A DNA stretch of 64,000 nt from NCBI GenBank assembly GCA_964016885.1, contig OZ024748.1, positions 5,146,001-5,210,000 on the forward strand, given 5' to 3'. Below the pieces are notes generated by a model. The model searched no databases and was not told where the DNA came from. It saw nothing but the letters and a program-made list of their open reading frames with translations. This stretch comes from Eledone cirrhosa. Its lineage: Eukaryota. This document shows, in pieces, positions 13,416 to 27,092 of this stretch; positions within the stretch are counted from its first letter, which is position 1, and each line of letters begins with the position of its first letter. The position numbers and the translations under genes were made by a program.

Positions 13416-14255
13416 GTGAAGGCGCATGGCTTACTGTGAAGGCGCATGGCTTACTGTGAAGGCGAATGGCTTACTGTGAAGGCGAATGGCTTACTGTGAA
13501 GGCGAATGGCTTACTGTGAAGGCGCATGGCTTACTGTGAAGGCGCATGGCTTAGTGCGAAGGCGCATGGCTTAGTGTGAAGGCGAATGGCTTAGTGCGAA
13601 GGCGCATGGCTTACTGTGAAGGCGCATGGCTTAGTGCGAAGGCGCATGGCTTACTGTGAAGGCGAATGGCTTAGTGTGAAGGCGCATGGCTTAGTGTGAA
13701 GGCGAATGGCTTAGTGCGAAGGCGCATGGCTTACTGTGAAGGCGCATGGCTTAGTGCGAAGGCGCATGGCTTACTGTGAAGGCGAATGGCTTAGTGTGAA
13801 GGCGCATGGCTTAGTGTGAAGGCGAATGGCTTAGTGCGAAGGCGCATGGCTTAGTGTGAAGGCGCATGGCCTAGTGCGAAGGCGCATGGCTTAGTGTGAA
13901 GGCGAATGGCTTAGTGCGAAGACGCATGGCTTAGTGTGAAGGCGAATGGCTTAGTGCGAAGGCGCATGGCTTAGTGTGAAGGCGCATGGCCTAGTGCGAA
14001 GGCGCATGGCTTAGTGTGAAGGCGAATGGCTTAGTGTGAAGGCGCATGGCTTAGTGTGAAGGCGAATGGCTTAGTGCGAAGGCGCATGGCTTAGTGTGAA
14101 GGCGCATGGCCTAGTGCGAAGGCGCATGGCTTAGTGCGAAGGCGCATGGCTTAGTGCGAAGGCGCATGGCTTACTGTGAAAGCGCATGGCTTACTGTGAA
14201 GGCGCATGGCTTAGTGTGAAGGCGCATGGCTTAGTGCGAAAGCGCATGGCTTAGT
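13416..14255 (+). repeat. 42 x 20-bp tandem array G(T/C)GAAGGCG(C/A)ATGGCTTA(G/C)T derived from the SINE family 2 5' end
   Basis: Exact 20-bp period. The last unit runs directly into the rest of the SINE (GGTTAGAGC...GAGTTCCATTC). Confidence 0.92.
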
Positions 14256-14475
14256 GGTTAGAGCATTGGGCTTGCAATTGAAAGATTGTGAGTTCCATTC
14301 TCGGAACGGGTGATGTGTTGTTTCCTTGAGCTAGACACGTTATTTCAGTTTACTCAGCTGTAGAAATGAGATGATAGGACTGGGGTCCCTATCATTAAAA
14401 TCACCCAAGACACGTCCAACGAGATATACCTTGGAGGAGGCCAGCTAAACCTGCATAGGTGTGAGCTGTCACACA
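14236..14475 (+). mobile_element. tRNA-derived SINE family 2
   Basis: A-box TGGCTTAGTGG, B-box-like GAGTTCCATTC and ccttgagctagacac core. Homologous to 49236-49335(+) and 33781-33897(-). Confidence 0.8.
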
Positions 14476-15003
14476 GACACAACTTTAGAGAAAATAATAT
14501 GTAGAGTCGGACAATTGTGTGAAGCAGATGTTGAACAACACAAACGGTACTAAAGATTGTGTAACTCCAGCTATCCATTCTCAGCTTTAATATGCAACGA
14601 TACCACAGATATCAAAGTAACTTCGAGTTTTCGGTATTTTATGATGGTAACAGTCAACGCTCAGAATATACCCAGCCACTGGGAAAAATTATCACAGTGG
14701 CTGTGTGTGTGTTTATTTATGTTAGTGTATATATATATACATATATATATATATATACACACACATATACACACACGCAAACACATATTGGTTACGGGTC
14801 AAGTGAGTGCAGTAATTCAAATGTATAGATTACAGATTCAATGGATGATGTCAAGTTGGTGACATTGTACTGACTAACGTGTCAAATTGATTCCAATGCT
14901 GAGAGCAGGACACGTACGTAAGTATGGCAAGACACGTACCTAAGTATGGCAGGACACGTAACTATGCTTACTACAGACACATAATTAGTTGGACTTAACC
15001 ACA

Positions 15004-15034
<31 letters not shown>

Positions 15035-15544
15035 CAGAACACACACACACGTAGAGTTTGAAACAGGTTCAACACTGACACATCATTAATGTTAAGTAAC
15101 ATAAAAACACACACATACACCCCCCTCTCTCTCACACACATACACGCAAACACACACACACATACGCAGAGCTTTAAACAGGTTCAACTCTGACACATAA
15201 TTAATGTGACGTAACACAATAAAAACACAAACACATCTTCAAGTCCCTTCTATGCACCAACATACTTCTCCTTGTCCTCTTTTAATCTTTTCTATATTTC
15301 ATTTACCTGTTAGCCCCCCCCCCCCCCCCCGTTGTAGATTGTCTTTCTGTTGACCACTGACCGATGGTCTCTATCCTCTGAAGCATTTTTGCCCAGCGCT
15401 GTCTTTGACAGAGTTTAGCTGTTTTAACGGCTGATCTAGCGATGAGATTTCTCATTTTTATATACGTATAAATACATATGTTTACCACAGACACGTAAAA
15501 ACATACACACACACACACATACACACAAGCACACACACGCACAC

Positions 15545-15615
<71 letters not shown>

Positions 15616-15739
15616 GATAAATCTACCAAGAGTTTACGGTTTACACATATATATCCTAGAAACGATCGTTAAATAATGAACTTTTTTTGTTTAATATAAG
15701 GAACTGTTTCATTGTTTATTCATTATTTGTTTAATATTT

Positions 15740-15783
<44 letters not shown>

Positions 15784-15910
15784 CGAGAAAAACCCCAAAC
15801 CCTCCACCTCAAATCTACTTTTGAAAAGCATAAGAACTGCGAAACCGGTAAAAGAACCAAGTAAATATTCTTAAAAAGACTCCAGTTGCATTTTCGATTT
15901 CATCTTTTTT

Positions 15911-15982
<72 letters not shown>

Positions 15983-15999
15983 GTATATATATAGTAATA

Positions 16000-16225
16000 A
16001 TAATAAATTTGAAGACTAAAATCCAAAGAGGGCTCGATAAGGATAAATATATATCAAATATATAAGAACCGTATATATAAGTATCGTCTTCCTGTCTTCC
16101 CCCTGTTGCAACGTTTTTTGAAATATCCACTTCTGCGTTTACAGATTGACTTTGTTAGTTTCAGAAGATCCCGTTAAGGGTGAAAGCACCGATTCTTTGC
16201 TTAAACTTTAATCTGTTATTTTACT
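16000..16225 (+). mobile_element. family D remnant with hammerhead-like motif (16157-16207)
   Basis: agttt-CAGAAGA-t-ccc-gttaa-ggg-t-GAAA-gca..tgc-TT-aaact, with a perfect 5-bp stem I and a U4>A core change. Related fragments at 2275-2440, 24025-24210, 52845-52920, 54850-54930 and 60497-60530. Confidence 0.55.
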
Positions 16226-16239
16226 AAATAAATAAATAA

Positions 16240-16285
<46 letters not shown>

Positions 16286-16288
<3 letters not shown>

Positions 16289-16468
16289 CCAGTAAGACCC
16301 CGACAGCTGAGCTCAAGCCGTTTCGACGGCTAATTCAGAATTAGCCGTCGAAACGGCTTGAGCTCAGCTGTCGGGGTCTTACTGGTTCCTATTACCCACT
16401 CTACTACCACACGTATTGAGTACTTTGGTGCGTTATGGTCCACCTGGTTCCTTACCACATTTCCTTCG

Positions 16469-16470
<2 letters not shown>
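16286..16470 (+). mobile_element. family A fold-back remnant
   Basis: Palindrome of about 103 bp around GAAACGGC-ttgagctca-GCTGTC, then the tail gtattgagtactttggtgcg...ccttcgtt. Embedded in (TA)n. Confidence 0.75.
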
Positions 16471-16545
<75 letters not shown>

Positions 16546-17100
16546 TATGTATTTGTGAAAAAATTAATTCAAAGTTTATATGAACAGCTATGTGCAAGAA
16601 ATAACAACAGGAGCACTGTTTCATCCCTAGAACTGCATCTCTATGGAACAACATGGCTACGGACTTCTGCTTTCCTTACGGCTGCAATATTAACCTTCTA
16701 AAGAAAAGAGTCAATAAATAACTGTTCATGTCATAATGTCATCTAACCTGCCAGTTCGTTATGTTCGTGCTTACAGCAATCTCTCTTTAGAAGTTCCTCT
16801 CATCATTCTTTTCTCTATGTTCATCCTGTCATGTAGTCGATAACCTTGAGTGGATTTAAGTCTTTGTTATATGGTGACAATTACTACATAAAAAAACAAA
16901 CAATATATACTTCGAAACACACATTAATGCCTCTACTTATGAGACATAAAATGTTTTGATTTGAGTTCACATGTCTGATAAGCAGATCGATATTGGAGTC
17001 GGGTCAATCATATTGATAAATACCTCCAGCCAATCATCTGTGAAACATAAGTATAGTTCGATATTCAATAAAAAAAAATTGTAAAGTGAAATTCCGTCAT

Positions 17101-17176
<76 letters not shown>

Positions 17177-17221
17177 GTGCTAACCCGGGTGAATCTACAG
17201 TAACTCCAAGTTACATTCCCT

Positions 17222-17259
<38 letters not shown>

Positions 17260-17435
17260 TTGCATGATAAACATTGATGGCCAAATGAATTAACTATGGA
17301 AATATAAAAGACGCACAAGCGAAAACCAATCAAATAGTGAGGTGTTCTGTTATTATTTCTGGCAATAGTATTATAACAATATGACCCTCCTCATATATAT
17401 ATATATATTATAAATATTATATATATATAAATGTA

Positions 17436-17529
<94 letters not shown>

Positions 17530-17799
17530 AATAGTGTGTTTTCATATCTGGTAACAAGATAGTATTCAAACTGATAACAGTATATAGTCGATTGATATAG
17601 AGATTATTAAATAGCCTTCTGTATCGATGGAATGATCGATGGAGACATGTTGTAAACATCTGTTCAGATCAATACTATTTCCAGATTGATATTGTACGAA
17701 AAATCTCATTCACGTAAAAGAATCATCAATTCTTCTTCAGTGACATTTCTTCTTTCAATCATAGATGTAATCGGAAGTTTTACAACATGCTGTCATCGA

Positions 17800-18272
17800 T
17801 ACGGAGAATGGTCGAGAAAGAGGGATGCTTGAGATTGCTTCTTACAGGACGTTTTTTAGGAGGGGGAGGTGTTTCAAACGATAGGAACCTATCCACCTAG
17901 TCAGATTTTTTCCGGTGACAGAAGGCAATATTTTAACTTTTGATGAATCTTTCAACAGGTTGTCATGGATATCGAGAATGGTCGCGAAAGAGAGATGCCT
18001 AAGGTTACTTCTAATAGGAAGTTTTTGGGGGTGTTTCAACGACAGGAGCCTACCATATCAGATTTTGTCCGGCGACAGAAGGAGTTATTTGAACTTTTGA
18101 TGAAGTTTCTCAACAGGCTGTCAAGGATACCGGGAATGGTCGAAAAAGAGAGAACTCGAGGTTGATTCTCATAGGAAGTTTTTTGGTCTGTTTCAACGAC
18201 AGGAGGTTACAAACCAAGTCCTACCGCATCAAATTTTGTCCGGTGACAGGAGGCGTTATTTGAACTTTTGAT
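17800..18272. repeat. three degenerate ~165-bp tandem units
   Basis: gaatggtcg-gaaagagag...caggag...agattttgtccggtgacag...aacttttgat recurs three times. Confidence 0.75.
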
Positions 18273-19084
18273 AGTTACATGCGTTCAACATCAGTCATGT
18301 GTTTATATTTGTGATTGCAGGAGGTGAGATTAGAACTCATGTATGTCCATGAACACCGAAGGTGAGAGGGAGACATTTACTTGAGCTGTTGTTTGTATTA
18401 TTTTTACAACTAGACTACTATGGAAGATTAGCTGTCTCATTCTAGTTTGCCGGTCACGGGAGGTTTTAAAATGGGGTATTGCGACGATTTAATTTATTTA
18501 CAAACTAAAAATGAACAACAACAACATCAGCGACAACAACAACAACAAACTACGTTTCCATATAAGCATAATCTAGAGAACTGAGACGGTTTATTTACTG
18601 ACTGCACCATAAACAACAACAGTAGTAGCAGCAGCAGCAGCAACACACAACAACAACAAGAACAAAAATGACATCTCCACAGAAGAAAATCTAGAGAGCT
18701 GGACTGGTTTCTTTACAAACGACAACATCAGCAGCAGCAACAACAACATTAATAAAAACTACGTCTCCATAGAACCATAATCAAGAGAACTGGGTTGTGG
18801 GTTATTTACAAACTGACAACACCACACACAACAACAGCAACAGCAACAACAACAATATTCCCAAAGAAATATCGTCTGGAAAATTGTAACGTTTTCTTTA
18901 GCAATGCTACTTCCGGTTGAAACAGGAGGAAGTTTAATTTCCTACTTAGTGATTTTCATGACTTTATCTTAGAACTTAACATAGATTTTGGTCACTAGGT
19001 GGAATTAATTAGTATTGACAATTATCTATCTATCTATCTAGATAGATAGACGCAGATAGATAGGTTGTTAGGTATAGATAGGAA

Positions 19085-19167
<83 letters not shown>

Positions 19168-19290
19168 GTATATATATATGAGAGAGAGAGAGTGGGGAAA
19201 GGGAGAGAGAGAGATTTTTTATTTGCCACAAGGGCGAGGGTTTTACATAAATTGTGTAAACTTTAACATTAATAGATAGATATATAGATG

Positions 19291-19351
<61 letters not shown>

Positions 19352-19654
19352 GAAGATACATATGTAGATATAGATAGATATAGATAGATAGGGAGGTTGA
19401 TAGGTAGATAGATAGGTAGATGGATAGGGAGAGATAGAGAGATAGAGATAACAAACCCTTTTCGTTTATCTATTTACATGTGTTAAAGCTAACATATTTG
19501 GTCACTTAGTGGAAGTAATTAGTATAGAAAATTGTCTGACTGTCTATATTCCTACGTTTTTCTCCCTTAATTTTTCCGCATCTAAACACACGCTTCCACA
19601 CCTCATATATATATTTGTTATTAGCACAGGTTAAGCAAACGAATCTGCTTTCAG

Positions 19655-19700
<46 letters not shown>

Positions 19701-19707
19701 GGAAATG

Positions 19708-19742
19708 TATTGACGTTTCGGTCGTTCATCTTTCATCACACG
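19708..19742 (-). ncRNA. degenerate minimal hammerhead-like motif
   Basis: Minus strand reads gTGATGA-aagatgaacgacc-GAAACGTC. C3 is mutated and the stems are weak. Confidence 0.35.
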
Positions 19743-20093
19743 AATAAACGAGCGAATGAGAGATAAAAGAAAGTGCAATAAATACCAGAGTACGACGACG
19801 AAGAAATGGAAAAAAAAAAACTTTTATGGAATGATAAAATTTCATTTGAAGAATCTTATATCAACAAACTTTCAAGCTTAATGTAGTTCCACCATCATAA
19901 AAAGTAATCAATTAATCACTAGTAGAATTCTTAATTTATCAGGGATTAAACTTTGGGCAAACAAATCCAATGTGTTGAATGAATGCAGATGTAAGATGTA
20001 CATAAATAATAATGTATTGAAATCAAAGATGAAGAAATTTAAGACATTGTCTTAAATTTCGTCCCTTTGGATTTCTATCGTTTAAATATAATG

Positions 20094-20168
<75 letters not shown>

Positions 20169-20225
20169 ATATATATACATATATAGATAGATATATATAG
20201 ATATATATATATATTGAAACGATAG

Positions 20226-20267
<42 letters not shown>

Positions 20268-20414
20268 GATAGAAATATATATATATATTATATATATTTA
20301 AACGATAAAAGTCTAAGGGGAATACATTTAAGACATTGCCTTAACATTTTTTCATCTTGGATTTTACATATAATGTTATGTATATATAATGTTACGTATA
20401 TATAATGTTATGTG

Positions 20415-20494
<80 letters not shown>

Positions 20495-20974
20495 TATATG
20501 TATATATATATATATAATAATAATAATAATAATAAATTTGAATACCAAAATAAATATATATATATATATACACACACATACATGTATATTATAGCATATC
20601 TATTTGGGCAAAAATAAATGAAATATTGAAATAAGCTATATCTTGTACGACGTCTGCTCCTATAAACAGCTTTAAAAGCCTCTATTTCACACATGTTTTG
20701 AGCCTGTTACCAGCTTTGCACAAACCCTACCCCACACAATCGCCATTTGATAATAAAACACAACCACACAGAATATATAATCAACCCCCAGCACAGAAAA
20801 ATGATCGAAAATCAAACATTCCCCTCAACATGTATTTGATACAATTGTCTCTTAATCTAATATAACAACGTACACAACATAAACCTTACATAAAAATCTA
20901 GCAATCGCCAACTCATTGCAAACATATATTATTATATAATCGATATTGTATGCTAAAACACAAACTACGTTAGA

Positions 20975-21230
20975 CACGTCGTAGTAATAGTTAAGGAGTT
21001 CACGTCGCATTCATCGGGTCCTAGGTTCAATCCCATTCCGTGGCATCATGGGAATGTGTACATTACTATAAACTAGGGACCATTTAAGCCTTGGGTGTTA
21101 CTGAGTAAACGAAAACTGCTTTGAATGGGTCTATGTATTGTACCTATAAGTCAAACGACTGGCCATGCCACACACTGTCAGCTGAATCTCCCTGAGAATT
21201 ACGTCAAGAGAACACTTGATTGTTGGATAC
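20975..21230 (+). mobile_element. degenerate tRNA-derived SINE
   Basis: B-box GGTTCAATCCC. Similar to 42980-43135. Confidence 0.5.
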
Positions 21231-21409
21231 AAATCTTTTTCTATACATATAACAGATCCACTCGCTCAAATATACACAACACAAAACATACACAGTCACA
21301 TAAATACAATACAAACAGTAATGATACACCATCATACACACAAACACACTACATTGTATCTCTCTATATATAGCAAGATGTGGTCTTTGGTGTGTTTGTT
21401 GTAATGTAG

Positions 21410-21498
<89 letters not shown>

Positions 21499-21501
<3 letters not shown>

Positions 21502-21693
21502 AACGAGTAGGACCCCGACGGCTGAGTTCAAGCCGTTTCGACGGCTAATTTTTTTTAGTCCAGAATTAGCCGTCGAAACGGCTTGAGCTCAGCCGTCGGG
21601 GTCCTATTCGTTCCTATTACCCACTCTATTACCCTAAGTATTGAGTACTTTGGTGCGTTATGGTCCACCTGGTTCCTTACCACATTTCCTTCG

Positions 21694-21696
<3 letters not shown>
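21499..21696 (+). mobile_element. family A fold-back remnant
   Basis: Inverted arms ggaacgagtaggaccccgacggctgag... / ...ctcagccgtcggggtcctattcgttcc plus the family tail, within (TA)n. Confidence 0.75.
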
Positions 21697-21737
<41 letters not shown>

Positions 21738-21739
21738 CT

Positions 21740-22270
21740 AAATGTGGTGTTTGATGTGTTTGTTGTAATGTATTGTATCTATATATGTATTACCAGATGT
21801 AATGTTTGATATGTTTGTTGTAATACATTGTATCTATCTATTTATTGTCAGATGTGGTGTTTGATGTGTTTGTTGTGGTGTTTGATGTGTTTGCTGTGTT
21901 GTATTGTATGTGTAAATATTACCAGATATGGTGTTTGATGTGTTTGTTGTGTTGTATTGTATGTGTATATATTACCAGATGTGGTGTTTGGTGTGTTTGT
22001 TGTGTTGTATTGTATGTGTATATATTACCGGATGTGGTGTTTGATGTGTTTTTTCTATTGTTATATCTGTATCTGATCTATACACATTGTCAGATGTGGT
22101 GTTTGTTGTGTTCTATTGTATGTCTATATATGTATAGCCAGATCTGGTGTTTGTGTGTTCTATTGTATCTGTATATGTTACCAGATATGACGTATGATGT
22201 GTTTGTTCTATTGTTGTATCTCTCTCTCTGATCTATACACATTGTCATATGTGGTGTTTGATGTGTCTAT
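21740..22270. repeat. degenerate ~54-bp minisatellite (ccagatgtggtgtttgatgtgtttgttg...)
   Basis: The unit is visibly repeated about 9 times. Confidence 0.8.
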
Positions 22271-22745
22271 TCTGTTGTTTAATATATGTATATGACTTAG
22301 ACTTGTTAAGATACCTATTATTGACTCTTATTTGCTTCATTATTTAGATTTATTTATCGAGTGTTCCGTTTCTCTAAGAAAATCAAATCGTTTGTCTTAC
22401 TTGGGTCCTACCATTTATATTTTAAAGTTGGAACTGTCTGCCAGGTGAGGTGATATATCGGAGTGTTTTGTAAGTAAAACAATTATTGCAAGGAATATTT
22501 ACTTATGTCGAAATAAACTGGTCAATTATTAAAGTTCAAGTCAGTTAAAGTGGAAATGTGTGAATGTCCAGGTCGCAGACAGTGTGACGAAAATGTTGGC
22601 ACAAAGAAATATATGATATATATTGTATAAAATTAACAATTTTTCTCTTTATTTTAAATGGTGAAAAATGACTCCTTTACACATTCATTACATTAATATT
22701 TTGTATATGTAGAAACAATTGCTGTCACCATGGAAACACAAATAT

Positions 22746-22780
<35 letters not shown>

Positions 22781-23049
22781 TGTATTTGGTATAGCAGGAT
22801 ATGATGTATGAGTTACTTTCTGTCTGAACGTTTATGTCCATAAATGGAGTTACTGTATAAGAAGTCTATTTGTACGCTTGTGGACGTTAGTTGTTCTACA
22901 GAGTTATTTTCTAGATTAACCTTTAATTTCCCGAAGTGTCCCGGGTAGTTCTTTACGGTACATGTCACATTTATTGTGATTCAATATCCTCATATTTTCC
23001 AATCACAAGATCATAAGATCTAATCCTACATTTATTCCTGTCTTTAGAT

Positions 23050-23220
23050 ATTCCTCCAAACTTACTCATTAATTTAATCCTATGTCATTTGTACATACAT
23101 GCTGAACATTTATGTAAAACTAGCAGAATGGCCCGGCGTTGCTCTGGATTTCCTCTAAGGTTCTTACTCATTAATTTAATCCTATGTCATTTGTACATAC
23201 ATGCTGATTATTTATGTTAA
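23050..23220 (+). repeat. ~102-bp-period duplication containing a Helitron/HINE-like terminus
   Basis: 23061-23116 is repeated at 23163-23217. The spacer carries actagcagaatggcccggcgttgctctgg. Confidence 0.55.
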
Positions 23221-23645
23221 ATTATATCCTAGAAATAGATTATAAAAATTCTCATCTTTAATCAGATCCACGTGTCAGTAAACAATATGAACTCTGCGTT
23301 CGTACGATTGTCCAAATATCCAGTACTCCTAGTGTATATGGAATAGGAATCCTAAACTTAAAAAAATATCTATATTCAACGCTATTGTTGTCATTATTGA
23401 CAACACATGTCTACCAGTATACTATATTATGTTAGTGTGACTTGTTTGATAATATCAATTTATCATCGATCTCTCACGTGCCTATATATATTTATTGTTT
23501 ATCGTGAATGTTTGAACTATCACGTGGTAATAAACTATGGAATGAAAACAAAAAATACGATTGCAAACGTTAAAATCATAAACTTTGGTTAACCAACTGT
23601 TACATTGGCTGAACAGAGAAGTCTTTCATAGGATAACTGACCTGT

Positions 23646-23740
<95 letters not shown>

Positions 23741-23876
23741 GGTAATTCCGAAGGAAAGGCAAAGGAAATAAGAGTGCTCTGTGTATAGAACAGAGCTATT
23801 TAATTAGAAAGTGAACACAAAATATGACTACTCCATTACCAAAGGTTTCTGGATCCCAGATAATATATGTTATAAC

Positions 23877-23942
23877 AACTCCGTCTGATGACCGATCCAG
23901 ACGTATATTAACTGGGATCCAGAAACCTTTAGTAATGGAGTT
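23877..23942 (+). ncRNA. type I hammerhead-like ribozyme (family E)
   Basis: aactccgt-CTGATGA-(gatccag/ctgggatc stem II)-GAAAC-cttta-GTA-atggagtt, with an 8-bp stem I. An inverted partial copy at 23825-23868 restores stem III as CC-ttt-GG. Confidence 0.7.
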
Positions 23943-23963
23943 ATATTTTGTGTTGTTCAGTTT

Positions 23964-24017
<54 letters not shown>

Positions 24018-24024
24018 TTATTAA

Positions 24025-24210
24025 AATATCAGATTAAAGTTTAAGCAAAGAATCGCTGCTTTCACCCTTAACGGATCTTATATATTTGATATATATTTAT
24101 CCTTATCGAGCCCTCTTCGGATTTTAGTCTTCAAATGTATTATTATTACTATATAGTTAAGGGTGAAAGCAGCGATTCTTTGCTTAAATTTTAATCTGTT
24201 ATTTTAATAA
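24025..24210. mobile_element. family D fold-back remnant
   Basis: Inverted arms gattaaagtttaagcaaagaatcgctgctttcacccttaac / gttaagggtgaaagcagcgattctttgcttaaattttaatc. Confidence 0.7.
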
Positions 24211-24811
24211 ATATATATATATGTTGTTTACCGTGGATGTTTGTTCTATCACGTATTAATAAACTATGGGATGAAAAAAAACAAACGATTGCAAACGTTT
24301 AAAATTGTATGCTTTGTGAAACCATCTGTTACACTTGCTGTACAAATAACAAAGTCTTTCATAGCTTTACCATGAACTTACCACGACTAGCAACAGTAGT
24401 GTATTACAATACATTAGATGGATGAAACAAAAACATGTCTTTACGTAACGGAATCCCCTTAAATCAAAAGACAATACAGAAATAATTCTTTTAACATATG
24501 CATCACAATGCTAACATAACGAAGAAAAATATATATATGACGGATGACAGACACGTGTAACAGTCAAAGGTTCATATGGTGGCGGCAATGCCTCTATATG
24601 TTACATTATATAAAAAAAAACAGAACGACACATGTCGCCAACACTTCTTCATCTTGAAGATAAGATTATGTAAATATAGAAAATACTGACAATGGATTTA
24701 GGAACTTTAACGATACGGAATTCTATAGAATTTATGAAACACATTCATGACGATTAAATAATAATAGCTTGATATTATAGCTTCATCTATATGTTTGTAT
24801 GTATATATATA

Positions 24812-24885
<74 letters not shown>

Positions 24886-25242
24886 TGTATATATGCATGT
24901 AATATATATGTATATGCATATACGTATATATGTATATTTGTAGAGTATACAAGGAAACAAATTAAGTGATGAGATACAAATAATAAGTATATATCTACAC
25001 ACCTATATATATATACAAACACACCTATATATACAAACCTATATATACAAACACAACGTTTAATATATTTTACAATTATAATATGTGAGGGAATATACAT
25101 AAATTCATGAAAGCATTTGGAAATTCACAAACAATAATAAATAATAGACATATATATATATGTATGCATACATACAAATATATATATATACATATACATA
25201 TATCAAAGGTATATATTGAGTTAAAAACTCAAAATAGTCTCT

Positions 25243-25345
<103 letters not shown>

Positions 25346-26207
25346 ATGTATAATATATATATATATATATAATATATGTATATATATATATATATTTATA
25401 TATATGCATATATGTATATATGTATTTATATGTGTGTATTTATATATATATATATGCATATATATATAAATACACACACATATAAATACATAAATACATA
25501 TATGCATATATATAAATATATATATATACACATATATTATATATATATATATATATTATACATACACATATATAGATATATAGTGATACATATATAAATA
25601 TATATGTTTACATATATATTTATATATGTATCTGTATGTACATATATATTTATTTGTTATATGTATACATACATTTATATATACATATGTCTTCGAGTGT
25701 TTATGAATATAAGGAAATTTGTAATACCTACTTTTGGTTGTAAAACGCCATCTCTCGGAATATAAATGTTTATTTCTCTGCGTGTATAATATGCACATGT
25801 ACACATAAATATGAGTGTGTCTACATATATATATGTCTGTTTGTATGTGTATGAGAATATATATATATATATATAAGTATGGAAAGTGTGTGTGTGTGTA
25901 TTTATGTGTATATATGCATATGTGTGGGTTTGTTGATAAACAAATATTTTATTCGTTTTCTCATATAAGTATGTGTGTGTATATAAATTTATGCATAAAT
26001 ATATCTAGGTTCATTGGTATGTCAATGTATATACACACACATATATATAGACATAGATAAATTTATATAATACATATTATTTATAAATATTATATTTTAT
26101 AGAAATATATATATGATAATGTGTGTATGTCTTTACGTATGTGTGTATGTTTATATGCCTGTGTATGTGTCTATATATATGACCCTGTGTTTGTTTGTGT
26201 AAGTGTC

Positions 26208-26238
<31 letters not shown>

Positions 26239-26318
26239 TGTGGTATTTGTGCGTGTGTGTGTATGATTATATATACATGGGTAAGTATCTATATATACCA
26301 CCCCGACTGTATACGTAT

Positions 26319-26363
<45 letters not shown>

Positions 26364-26399
26364 GGCTGTAAGTGTCTGTATATACCCCACTGTGTTTGT

Positions 26400-27058
26400 G
26401 TCTGTTTGTGTGTGTGTAAGTGTCTGTATATATCAGACAGTGTGTATGTTTGTGTAAGTGTGTGTATATATCTGACTGTGTATGTATGTGTCTGTTTGTT
26501 TAGTGTGTCTGTCTATATCAGACTGTGTATGTGTGTGTGTAAGTGTCTGTCTATATCAGACTGTGTATGTGTGTGTAAGTGTCTGTATATATCAGACTGT
26601 ATATGTGTATGTGTCTGTTTGTATATGTGTAGTGTGTCTGTCTATATGAGACTGTGTGTATGTGTACATGTGTGTGTCAGTGTCTGTATATATTTGACTA
26701 TTTGTGTCAGTGTCAGTCTATATGAGACTGTGTGTGTGTATGTCAGTGTGTGTATATACCACACTGTGTGTGTCAGTGTCAGTCTATACGAGACTATATG
26801 TATGTGTGTATGTGTGTCTTCCACAGTCTATACGAGACTATGTGTATGTGTATGTATGTATGTCAGTGTCAGTCTATACGAGACTATATGTATGTATGTA
26901 TGTGTCAGTCTATACGAGACTATATGTGTGTATGTATGTATGTATGTATGTGTCTGTCTATACCAGACTATATGTGTATGTATGTATGTATGTCAGTGTC
27001 AGTCTATACGAGACTATATGTATGTGTGTGTGTGTGTCTTCCACAGTCTATACCAGAC

Positions 27059-27092
<34 letters not shown>

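Noticed and set aside
13416-14255. CRISPR-like array
   Set aside because: The 20-bp units are contiguous with no unique spacers, the context is eukaryotic, and there are no cas genes.
22420-22450. Possible micro-exon tttaaag|ttggaactgtctgccag|gtgagg
   Set aside because: Splice-like dinucleotides alone are insufficient, and there are no supporting neighbouring exons.
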